This document shows positions 10,801 through 20,934 of a DNA stretch of 39,139 nt, in pieces (position 1 is the stretch's first letter; each line of letters starts with the position of its first letter). The stretch lies in sequence record SRR20825019_1774; one strand, written 5' to 3'. The position numbers and the translations under genes are program-made. The notes beneath the pieces are model-generated. The model saw only the letters and a program-made list of their open reading frames with translations. It did not search any database and was not told the DNA's origin.

Positions 10801-11904
10801 CCTTCGTACCTGCACCGCCTCTCCGTCAGCCGTCTTAGCCCCCATGGACGTGTGGCGCCCTTTCCGAGTCGGGCTACTTGGACCAACAACTTCGATGGCC
10901 AGCTTCAACGTGTCCATGCTGGTGTCAACATTGAATTCTCGAAGCAGCGTCTTGGCTTGCTCCTTCTTTAGGGGCGGCGACATCGGCTTCGAGGCATCCA
11001 CAACGACGTCACCCTCGCTCTCCTCATCACTTTCATATGAGCTGGAATACTCATCTTCCGCAGATAACTCCGGATTAGGGGGCGGTTCTTCGGCATTCGT
11101 CTCGCCGGTGGGCTCTTCCTCCCCTATTGCCTCGGGCACCACAGACACGGCATCATCTTGTGCCGTGGCCCCCTCAGTCATTGAAGAATCCCGAACGCTG
11201 TCCCCATCAGTTGCTACGTCATCCGTCGGTGCCTCGGAAGGTGCCTCCTCGGTCCCCTTCCTCTTGCGTTCTGCTAGTCCAAGCTTCTCGCGCATTTGCT
11301 CCCGGCGACTCTTTTTGGGCAAACTCTTCTCCCTTTCCTTCTGTGCAGCTAGTTGAAGCTCTGCCTCCCTCCAGGTCCGCACAGATCGCCCAAGTTTCAT
11401 CACCTTCTTGCCTCCTTCCTGAAACCTTTTCTTCTTTTTTTCTATCTCGCGCTTGCTCTGCGCATACCACTCAAGCACTTCCTCGAAGCTAAGCTGCCCA
11501 TCCTCATCCCAGTCACGTTGCGTCAATATCTGCACCGCGTCATTGTAGTCATGTGCCTTTCCCATTGCCTTCAGCATATTTCGAAGCTCATTTATCTCAA
11601 TCTTGCCGCTCTTGTCAACATCGAACTCCTCAAAGACTGCCTTCACGGCCTCGACCTCTTCGCTAGGAACGAGATGTGAACGCCGTCTGCTCATCTTCCT
11701 CTCTCGTGCACCCCGGGGGCTCTTAATGTCTTCATCGCCTTCCACATCTTTCCGCCGTCTCCGCGGCGTTACATCGCCCGAATAGGCGGCCGACGTTGAC
11801 ACTATTGGCCTGACCGTTCTGCCCGGTAGGTTAGCTGTGTTCTCTGGGGGCAGTGAAGAAGGCGGCTGGGGTTGCCGATTCGGCAAAGACGCTTCGTTGG
11901 TCAT
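7897..11904 (-). CDS. EF-hand + RCC1-repeat + coiled-coil + EF-hand protein, 3 exons
   Basis: Introns 9945-10000 and 7999-8050 join the 635-aa and 679-aa ORFs and a short last exon. EF loops DVDKSGKIEINE, DWDEDGQLSFEE, DKVGKGGLDRAD, DDNQDGIIDLPE. RCC1 blades such as VACGEEHT...VFTWGNGRVGALGHG and VYSWGLGHLGQLGHG. Confidence 0.85.
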
Positions 11905-12900
11905 TGGAACCTCGTTGACAGCAGAAAGCGCCTTCTCCTAGACAAGTTCCTTGGTGCGAGCCCTATCCCTGCTGCCTGTGGGCATGCGGAGGGGACACAT
12001 ATATAATCGCCCGTGCCGCACACTGTGAACTGAAGGTTTGCCATGCTTGAGGACTTCCCAGGCATCGACACTAGTCTCTGCCGTTGTCTGCGGCCGGCGG
12101 GACGACTGAGAGGGGGTTTGGGCGCGGGGTCGTCATCTGACTGACGCAATGGTGCTATTGTGGCCGGGCCGGGCTGGCCGGGCTGGGCCGCACAGAGATG
12201 CCCGAACCGCCTACAGGATGCCGAGTGGGCGGCCTCACGTCGGGCCGCCACGTGCCTGTCTCGTCTCCCATTCGGGCTCACTAGGGCGGATTACTTCCAC
12301 CCCCAGCCGGAAACTTTCAGTGTGATTGGAATCATCGCAACAGGCCGGGTGCGGGGGTGGGTTAGGCAGTTACGGACTGGATTGGTTGGCTGATCAGGGG
12401 CCAACCGCCAGTTGATATTTGTTGGTTGGTATGTATCAACAAAAATTGTACGGCTCCTCGGGGCGGTGCGAGGTGCCGTTTGAGGGGGCCCGCACTCCTC
12501 ATTGATCGTCTCCAGTGCGCCGAGGGCCTTCGGGCTGGCGCCGCTCGCGGGCCGGTCGCCAGAGCGGACGCCGGTGTCCCGGGGCGCGCGGCCAGGCGCG
12601 GTCATCGAGCGAGTCGAGCGGGTGAGCCTCGAGAGTGATGAGCCTCCTGAGTTTGTGCGGCTACGACCCGAGGGACCGGCACTGCCGCGGTGAGCCCCGG
12701 CCTGCGCCAGACTCCGTCGCAAGACCGGACGCCCAGGGTCGCGGGGTGTAAGCGGACCCTCCCACTCACGCCCCACATAGACTCGTGAACCCGAACCGTT
12801 CACCCTGAGGCTTCCTCTGAACAATCCGATCACTGCTAATCAAAATGCCATAAACTTTTGATTTTACAGTGAAAGTGGACTTTACAACTCTGCATATAGT
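11905..12900. promoter_or_regulatory. GC-rich divergent island (RCC1/EF gene / thiolase)
   Basis: Two GC-rich blocks flank an AT-richer core at ~12410-12450. ATTGG at 12325 and 12381. Confidence 0.55.
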
Positions 12901-14348
12901 ATGTCCTTCATTGTTGGTGCTAAGCGTACTCCCTTCGGAGCGTTCGGAGGAAAGCTTAAGAGCTGGACCGCGACCCAGCTCCAGGTGCACGCCTCCAAGG
13001 CGGCCCTCGCCCAGGCTGAGGTGAGTTTGAGAATTATTTGGAATTCGGGAAGTAACACTCGTCCAGGTTGACCCGAAGCTTGTTGACTCTGTCACCATTG
13101 GTAACGTGGCGCAGACTGCGACTGATGCCATCTATCTATCACGCCACACTGCTTTGTACTCCGGTGTCCCAATTGAAACCCCAGCACTGACTGTTAACCG
13201 TCTCTGCGGGTCTGGGTTCCAGTCTGTGGTTACTGCTGCCCAGGAGATCAAGCTTGGTGATGCTAGCATCTGCCTCACTGGTGGAACGGAGAACATGAGC
13301 CAGGCGCCCTTTGCCCTCCGCGATGTGCGCTGGGGAACTAAGTTTGGCACTGACCTGAAGGGCGAGGATACTCTGTGGTCAGCCCTCACCGACTCTTACT
13401 GCAAGATGCCAATGGCTATCACCGCTGAGAACCTCGCGGAGAAGTACGGCATCTCACGTGCCGAGTGCGACGAGTTCGCATACCGCAGCCAGCAGAACTG
13501 GCAGAACGCGCAGAAGGCTGGCAGGTTCAACTCAGAGATGGCCCCCATCACCCTCAAGGTAATTCTGGTGTGGGACCGTGCTTTCATGCCAGCGCAACGC
13601 AACGAACTCACACTTTTCTAGGGTCGCAAGGGGGAAGAGGTATTCGACTATGACGAGCATGCTCGCCCCGATGTCAGCGTGGAGAAGATGGGCAAACTTC
13701 CCCCAGTTTTCAAGAAGGACGGCGTGGTTTCTGCTGGAAACGCCTCAGGTTAGGTGGAGAAGCACTGTGCTGTACAGAATATTGATAGGGAGCAGGGATT
13801 TGCGATGGTGCCGCTGCGTTGATTGTGGCTGGGGAGGCAGCTATCAAGGAGCACAATCTCAAGCCCATCGCCCGCGTGGTGGCTTATGGTATTGCTGGTG
13901 TGGATCCGTCCATTATGGGAATTGGCCCTGTTCCGGCCATCCAGATGGCTTTGAAGAATGCTGGGTATTGCAACCAGTCCCGATGGGATGCAGCGGAAAT
14001 CTGACGCGACGTTGCGTAGGCTTACATTGGACCAGATGGACATTGTGGAGATCAATGAGGCATTCGCTCCCCAGGCCATGTCCTGCGTCAGAGAACTCGG
14101 CATTGATATGGACAAGTTCAATTTGTGCGGTGGCGCCATTGCCCTCGGTATGTTGGTCGGGTTGATGGACAAAGTGTTAAGGTGCCTTGCTGATGTTGTT
14201 GGCAGGACATCCCCTCGGTGCCTCGGGGGCCCGTATCACTGGTCATATTGCCCACCAGCTCAAGGACCAAGGCCTCAAGTACGGCGTGGGTGCCGCCTGC
14301 ATTGGTGGCGGCCAGGGCATTGCCATCATTCTCGAGAACGCGGCATAA
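12901..14348 (+). CDS. ACAA2: 3-ketoacyl-CoA thiolase, mitochondrial ACAA2-type, 6 exons
   Basis: [17 protein letters not shown] start. Catalytic motifs [26 protein letters not shown]. Introns 13021-13066, 13559-13621, 13749-13795, 13965-14019, 14148-14205. Stop TAA 14346-14348. Confidence 0.92.
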
Positions 14349-14565
14349 GCCTGTGTCATTCGATAAAGAAGTCCTCACATCCAACTCTTTCAATTTACTT
14401 AATATTTACAACTTCATCAATTCAGGTGGTCGATAAACAATTGTCAAACCATAGATGCGACACGCACGAGTAGGTGAGGCAGCGACAGGGAAACAGACGA
14501 CAGAGCGATAGCCAAGGCCTCTCGCATGAAGCGCACTCTTCGCATACGAACACAAGAGTCGGACA

Positions 14566-17454
14566 TTACTTCAACGACTGCACGATGCGCAGAACAATCT
14601 TGAGGGCGGTCGCATTGTTGCTCTGGCCAACCTTGTCCTGCATCAACTCCACCACCTTCTCCTCAAGACCCGCTAATACAGCCTCGAGATGACCCTGGAT
14701 CTGCTCATCCTTGGGATTCAACGCCAGGATTGCCTCCTGCAGCCACTCCAACTTCAATGTCGTGTCCACCTCAAGCATGACGCCCAGCTGCTGGATAAGA
14801 GCAACAACAATGGTGTTCTCCACCTTCGGGGGCTGTGAGAACACTGTTGCAGCGTCCACAAGGCCAAGGGTCTTGACCACCAGATCGATATCTGTGGCCG
14901 AGAGGGCCTGCATAAAGGCATCCTGGTATTCCTCCTCTTCGATTAGCTCCTTGATCTTGGGGAAAAGATCGTCGCTCTGGGCGGCGGCGGCAGGAAGGGC
15001 CTGACCACTGGCAATCGAATTCAACCTCTCTGAGCACGCCTTCATCTCCTCCATAGCAGAAGCAAACTTGCTGGACGCCTCCGCCATAGCACGGACGGCA
15101 TCGTGGACGCCATCGTTCCTCTTCTGATCAATGCGCTGAACATCACGCCTCAACTCCTGCATGTGGTCGTTGATCGGGTCCTTGAAGCGCTCCTGCAGGC
15201 CCTTGTCAAAGGTGCTCGAGATTTGACTGAACATCTTCTGGCACGAAGCCTCGAAACCGGGCAGCACCTGGTCCTGGAAGCAGGAGCGGAAAGCCTCCAC
15301 GGCCGGCTCCTTCAAAGAAGCGGAATCAGCAGAACCGCCATTGGGAACTGATCCGTTGCCCAAGCCCTTAATGCTCTCTGCCAAGTTCTGGCCAACACTT
15401 GCCTCGATTGCCTTTGTAGACTTCACGACAGTCTGGGCAAGCTCCTTCTGAGAGGCACGAATGGGCTTGAGGGACGTTTCCAGAAGCGGCTCCAGGGCCG
15501 TGGCCACCTCGCGACGAACAATATCTTCGATCTTGGGCTGCATGCTCTCCGACACCTTCTTGGCGACAAGAGTGGCCAGGGACTCCTCCCTAGCCATACG
15601 ATCCTTCTCACTACGGGCAAGGATGTGCTTCAACAGTTGGTCGACCTTAGACAACAATCCGTTTTCAATACGCTTCCAGTCCACACCAGAAGCCACAGAG
15701 TATGTCCTCTCCTCCGATGTCGATGATGATCCCTCCTTGCGAGCGGCTTCCTCACGCTTACGCCTACGCTCTTCCTTGGCGGCCTTGTCAACGTCGCTCT
15801 CAACTGTGCCTGACGAGGAAGTGGAAGCGGTGGCAGGAGCAGATGCAGGGCGCTCCTCCTCCTTCTTCTTCAAGATCGACACCGCGGGGGCAGCAGTCGG
15901 AGCCGGAGAGACCTTGCCGGACTTCTTGTCCCTAGAAGGAGCTGCCTTTTCGGGAGCGGCAGGCTGGGAGACTGGTGCAGTCGCCGGCTTCGATGCAGGT
16001 GTAGGAGAGATGCGCACATTCTTGGCAGCAGCGGTGGCGGGAGCAGACACAGCACCGCCAGCACCCGACGACTCCCCACCCTCGATATGATACAACTGGA
16101 TGGCCTCGCTCTGGATAGCAAAGAGATCAAATGCAATGCTAGGGTTATCACTGTGCGCGACGTTAAAGGACAAGATTGGGCCGTTCGGGGCCGAATGCGA
16201 GCATCCCCGAGCAAAACGGAACCCGGACGGCCCGTTCTCAAGCGTGAAGAGATGAATGACCGGGCCGCTGATCTCGTTGTTCATGGACGTATCACAGATA
16301 ATCAAATGCCTTGACTTCGGATCAACTTCGATGTTGGTCCTCATGGAACGAACAAAGTCACCGCCAAACTGGACGGTCTGCAACAACTTTCCTTCCAGGG
16401 TCCACAACTTGAACTCACGTCCGTTCTCGTCTGTTGTGACAAACAACTCATCAGAACCAGCCTGTGGAGATACATTTGAGTTCACTGCGCGACCAAACGA
16501 CAGAACGCTGTGAATGGAGCTGAGGTGGGCAGGGAATTGAGTAACAAGCTTCGACGAAATTGACGATACCGCGAACACGCGCACATCGCCATTCTCGGCA
16601 CCGATTATAACCTTGGTTCCGTCACCCGAGAAGCAAACACTTGTGACCTTCTCCCGAAGAGTAGCAACCACAATAGATTCGGCACTATCCCACAACGATA
16701 CCTCATTTTCTGTGTCCACCGTCACAAAGCAGTCCTCATTGGTTGGGTGGAAGGTCACAAGGGAGAAGTAAGCATTTTCACCACCATGGTTAACTTCCAA
16801 CTCAATGTCCTCAGATATGGTAGTCTGGTCCTCGCTCAACTCCAACGACCACACGATGAGCGCCCCATCCTGACTGACGCTCGCGAGCATATTGCTATTC
16901 TCAGAAGCAAAGCTAACGTCGACAATGGTTCCAGTGTGCTTCTTCAGCAAAGTGCGTGCCTCGGATTTCTTGCTTAGCACTCGCATGATAGATCCATTAC
17001 CGGGATTGTTGAAGCTCTTAGGCGGGCCATTTATCACATACACGATAAAATTCTCGTTCACAGCAATGAGGCGGCCGTTGTAGTAGTCATAGTTGTATAC
17101 AAACTGGGTGATGGGAGTTTGCTCGGTGTACGTGGCAGCGCCTGGACTGTACGTCACGTTCTTCCCGTCACCAAGATTCACAAAGCGAGAGAGTCTCTCA
17201 TCGGCATGAGATTCTTCAACCACAGGGGATGCGGAAGGCTTCTCCGCTTCCATTACAGCAGCGCCACTCAGCTGCCGTTTCAGCAAGTCTGCGAATCCAA
17301 CAACTGGCTTATCGTCACCCCCACCACTTGATGAGGTTGGTCCACCTCCGCTGCCCTGAAGCATAGCCAGAAGCGAGTTACCAGTGGGGGCTTCAGCAGC
17401 TGCCGGGGCAGTTGCAGCCTGAGCGAACTTATTAAAGTCAAAACCGTCAGACAT
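14566..17454 (-). CDS. EDC4: Enhancer of mRNA decapping 4 (Ge-1/VARICOSE), intronless
   Basis: N-terminal WD40 region (GRLIAVNENFIVY...RTLLKKHTGTIVDVSFA...LASVSQDG), Ala/Ser/Pro linker, coiled coil with FRSCFQDQVLPGFEASCQKMFSQI, and C-terminal AFMQALSATD...LIQQLG...KLEWLQEA typical of Ge-1. ATG 17454 (MSDGFDF). Confidence 0.88.
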   Translation of the reverse strand: MSDGFDFNKFAQAATAPAAAEAPTGNSLLAMLQGSGGGPTSSSGGGDDKPVVGFADLLKRQLSGAAVMEAEKPSASPVVEESHADERLSRFVNLGDGKNVTYSPGAATYTEQTPITQFVYNYDYYNGRLIAVNENFIVYVINGPPKSFNNPGNGSIMRVLSKKSEARTLLKKHTGTIVDVSFASENSNMLASVSQDGALIVWSLELSEDQTTISEDIELEVNHGGENAYFSLVTFHPTNEDCFVTVDTENEVSLWDSAESIVVATLREKVTSVCFSGDGTKVIIGAENGDVRVFAVSSISSKLVTQFPAHLSSIHSVLSFGRAVNSNVSPQAGSDELFVTTDENGREFKLWTLEGKLLQTVQFGGDFVRSMRTNIEVDPKSRHLIICDTSMNNEISGPVIHLFTLENGPSGFRFARGCSHSAPNGPILSFNVAHSDNPSIAFDLFAIQSEAIQLYHIEGGESSGAGGAVSAPATAAAKNVRISPTPASKPATAPVSQPAAPEKAAPSRDKKSGKVSPAPTAAPAVSILKKKEEERPASAPATASTSSSGTVESDVDKAAKEERRRKREEAARKEGSSSTSEERTYSVASGVDWKRIENGLLSKVDQLLKHILARSEKDRMAREESLATLVAKKVSESMQPKIEDIVRREVATALEPLLETSLKPIRASQKELAQTVVKSTKAIEASVGQNLAESIKGLGNGSVPNGGSADSASLKEPAVEAFRSCFQDQVLPGFEASCQKMFSQISSTFDKGLQERFKDPINDHMQELRRDVQRIDQKRNDGVHDAVRAMAEASSKFASAMEEMKACSERLNSIASGQALPAAAAQSDDLFPKIKELIEEEEYQDAFMQALSATDIDLVVKTLGLVDAATVFSQPPKVENTIVVALIQQLGVMLEVDTTLKLEWLQEAILALNPKDEQIQGHLEAVLAGLEEKVVELMQDKVGQSNNATALKIVLRIVQSLK

Positions 17455-17880
17455 CAGGAACGAGAGCCGGCTACACTTCAAACTCGGAAAACATGATTTA
17501 TGTTCAAGCAGGTAATTATATTGGAGCGGTCGTCCTATCATACACCAGCCTCAGCCCGAGCTCTTCGCCTCTGTTTCTGGTGTTCACCACATTGGCCGTG
17601 AGTGAGTGTAGAGCGCACAGGCAGGATATGAGCGCGTTCAAGCACGCGATACAAAGGCATTGCCATGCTACCGACAGGTTGGGTCAAGGCTGACCTGACG
17701 AGTGCCACCGGGGCACAGCACGGGGTGATGAGGAGGGGTGCCGGTGGCGGCCGGCGCCGGCGGCCGTGACCGTGAGGCGGGGGCAGCGGCAGGTCGAACA
17801 AGGGGCTAATTTTATTTGACACATGTCCATTGACCAAGGAGCGCGATCGTTATACATTGTGTTTTCATTATTGGCGGAGT

Positions 17881-17997
17881 GGTTCTGATAATATCGGAAC
17901 CTTCCTCCGACGATTTCTGTCCGGGTCAGGCGCTTGTACGCATGAGTGATGGCAGGGGGGTCCTGACTGCTGCCGACGGGACCCCATCATCATGACC
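17881..17997. ncRNA. Candidate structured RNA (hairpins on +, box C/D signature on -)
   Basis: Hairpins at 17881-17901 and 17941-17994. On the minus strand ATGATGA (17993-17987) and CTGA (17929-17926). No target identified. Confidence 0.25.
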
Positions 17998-18265
17998 ACT
18001 GCCAACTGGTGGCACTGCTGCGGGCTCCACACCCTGTCAACATGGTGGCTGACCTCACATTTCCTGTTGCTGCCGAGGTGGATGAGAAAACTGGCCTCTG
18101 GGCCAAGTTCGTTCTCCGCTCACCTCTCCTTCGCCGTCTGTCACAGCGTAAATATGTCACCCTACACACAATGCTGTCGTGTATCCCATTGTGCTTGGTT
18201 GATATAACAGGTGTGAACATGATGGACGGGAGTGAGATATGGGCTAACTGGTCATGATTTTTAGA

Positions 18266-19129
18266 ATGGTGTGCCTCCAGAAACGCCTTGCCGCGAGCAT
18301 CCTTAAGTGTGGAGCCAGGAAGATCTGGCTTGACCCCAACGAGATGAACGACATCTCCATGGCCAACTCCCGTAAGTACTCGCCTTGTGAAGGGTTGACT
18401 TTGGTGTGGCTCGGTTGGGGGATGGAATGCGATGGATTTGGGTCGTATGGAATGGGAGTGCGTTGAGTTGCTTAATAGAGTGGTGAACGGGTAGCCTCGG
18501 GGATACATTGGTCTTGTTGCAGAGTTGTAGATTACTTACAGTTCAAACAGGCCAGAACGTCCGTTCCCTCGTCAAGGATGGTTTCGTTATCAAGAAGCCG
18601 GTGAAGATCCACTCCCGTGACCGCACCCGCCGTCGCCTTGCCGCTAAGAGGAAGGGCCGCCACACCGGTGCCGGTAAGCGCCACGGTACCTCCGAGGCCC
18701 GTCTCCCCACCAAGGTCTTGTGGATGCGGCGCCTTCGCGTGCTCCGCCGCCTTCTCCGCAAGTACCGCGACCAGAAGAAGATTGACAACCATCTCTACCA
18801 CGAGTTGTACGTCAAGTCCAAGGGTAACGTGTTCAAGAACAAGCGTACCCTCGTCGAGTACATCCACAGGGCTAAGTTCGAGCGTGCCCGTGAGAAGGCC
18901 CTTGCCGAGCAGGCCGAGATCCGCCGCACCAAGAACAAGGTTGCCCGTGAGCGCAAGCTTGAGCGCTTGGCTGCTCGCCGTGCTGACGCTTATGCCGTGA
19001 CCAAGGAGGAGCCTGAGAAGAAGTGTAAGTCGTAGTTTGGATGGGTCTGTTTGTTGAGATCTAATAGTTCTTTTAGCCGAGGGTGGTGACAAGAAGAAGT
19101 CTAAGCCCAGGAAGAAGTCCGACAACTAA
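18266..19129 (+). CDS. RPL19: 60S ribosomal protein eL19, 3 coding exons
   Basis: [26 protein letters not shown]...[13 protein letters not shown]...[12 protein letters not shown]. Introns 18372-18550 and 19025-19076, plus a probable 5'-UTR intron 18148-18264. Strong high-expression codon bias. Confidence 0.97.
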
Positions 19130-19444
19130 ATCCTTTTCTGGGATGGTCCCTCTATGATTTAAACGTTTACGACTAGAAGAGGGACTGAGGAGGCAGGCAA
19201 TAACTGCATTCTTAGTAAATCGACCGGCACAATCTATAGTGGTTTCTGCTTTGATAATGTCGTTTAGGTGTTGAAAGTAACGATGCAACACTTCTTCGTC
19301 TGAAGGACTGCTTGCCTTGAAGCCATGTCCACAAACATGGCATAGAGTACCAGCCAGCACAAGTCATATGCCTGGTAGTACCTGTCACTAGCTGGTGTTG
19401 CATCTAAAAATGGCGCGATAATGACCCTGGGAGGCCTAATCATA

Positions 19445-20152
19445 TCAACTTTCTCGTTCTTGTACAGAAGATGTTGAGAGCGCTATTGAGTTCCTGTTCC
19501 CTCCACCATCCAATGCCCCCGATGATGCGTAAGATATGCTCGCCACATAAATATTGAAGTCTTCCCTGTTCTGGCCCTGTCCACCCCCAGATGGTGGCGT
19601 GGGAGATGTAGTTGGGATCGGGGGAGTATAGGTTTGTTGTGGTGGGAATCTTCCTTGAGTATTCGGATATCTATATTCAGGAATCAGTTCACTCCACAAC
19701 TGTGTTAAGCAGCTATACTTACGGCATAGAGTAGTATTGACTGTTGCCGTAGTCAACTGAAATAAAGGCACCGTTAGCGACAACTACATTGCGTTAGGGA
19801 AAAGCCGCTCACTGGGTTCAGTTTGATTTAGAATTGGCCTCGCCTGCCGAGCCGGCGGCCGATTTCCTCCGTCCATTCCCATACACAAGATTTGGGCGCA
19901 TTTGAATGCAAAAGCAAGTATGCAAACTCCTATGCCTAAAACCACAGTAATGCAAGGCTGCACTGAAGGTCAGCACGAGTCTGAAACTTTCATAGGACCA
20001 CTTACGCAGCAAAAGAGCAAACTCATAAATACGAAACCCACTTGCTCGTCGTCGTCGTCGTTGCCATAGCTTGCCAAGGTTGGCGCGACAGATGATATGA
20101 TAAGCAAGACAATCAGAAAAGTGGAGATAACTCTTCCAGTCCTAGTCCCCAT
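19445..20152 (-). CDS. Small membrane protein: signal/TM segment, Cys-rich TM, Pro/Tyr-rich tail; about 4 exons
   Basis: By-eye splicing gives MGTRTGRVISTFLIVLLIISSVAPTLASYGNDDDDEQVGFVFMSLLFCC|PCITVVLGIGVCILAFAFKC...NQTEP|IDYGNSQYYSMP|YPNTQGRFPPQQTYTPP..., using GT-AG introns with branch points in frame. Alternative ATG at 20221. The 3' end is uncertain. Confidence 0.55.
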
Positions 20153-20934
20153 ATTAAGTTCACTCAGCCGCGCCACTGTTGTACGCAGAAAGTGATATAT
20201 TTCTTCCCGAGTTTCTCGCATGGCTACAAAGAACAGTCAGGAACCCAGTGAACACCACCCGTCCGTCGTCAGCCTGACAGGCAGGCGTTGAGCCTTCATC
20301 CTCGGACGCTCTGAGCAGGGCCCCGGCGCGGCCGGGCCGCCGGTCACCCATGACGGGCGGCCATCGGATGGGGGGACAACGCGCGAGGGGCCGCCCGCTC
20401 AGCTGGGGGGCCGCCCGAACCGGCGCCGGATTGGAACGGCCGTGCCGGGGTGGCAGGATGCAGCCGGGCGGAACTTCGTAGATGATGAATACGACTCCTG
20501 ACTCGATCCGGATCGGTCTATCTCGTCCAATCTGGCGGACGGGCCGGCCTGGCGTCGGCGGTGTTGCTCCGGTTTGGGGCAGTTTCGAACCAATATATTC
20601 TTTGTTTGTTGTGCCTTTGGGCCTTGAGTGGCGGACCCCGCGGCCCCGGGTCGTGGAGATGGCGACGGAGCAGTCGCACATCGGCCCGGCCAAAAGACGG
20701 ATGACATTCCACCCACCTCGCCGACTACTGGCAAAACCACAACTTGAACGCGGACTAAGGAAAGCTGCAGCACTCCGATACGCTGTCGGAGACTGCCAAG
20801 CTTCTCCTATTGACACACTTGAAATGAAAGACGGCGTGCCTTCTCTTCACTACAAGGGAAGAGTGCTGTGAAAATCATAGTCTCATCTAAATCGAATAAT
20901 GCAAAACCGCATGGCTTAGTTGCATGACTTCAGT

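Noticed and set aside
10442-11356. 304-aa Ser-rich + strand ORF and other long antisense ORFs (15461-16090, 31177-31926, 4310-4999)
   Set aside because: Antisense shadows of well-supported genes on the opposite strand.
19073-19403. Minus-strand ORF with LCHVCGHGF resembling a RING fragment
   Set aside because: Remaining Cys/His ligands are missing, it overlaps the RPL19 3' end, and I could not splice it convincingly to the upstream gene.
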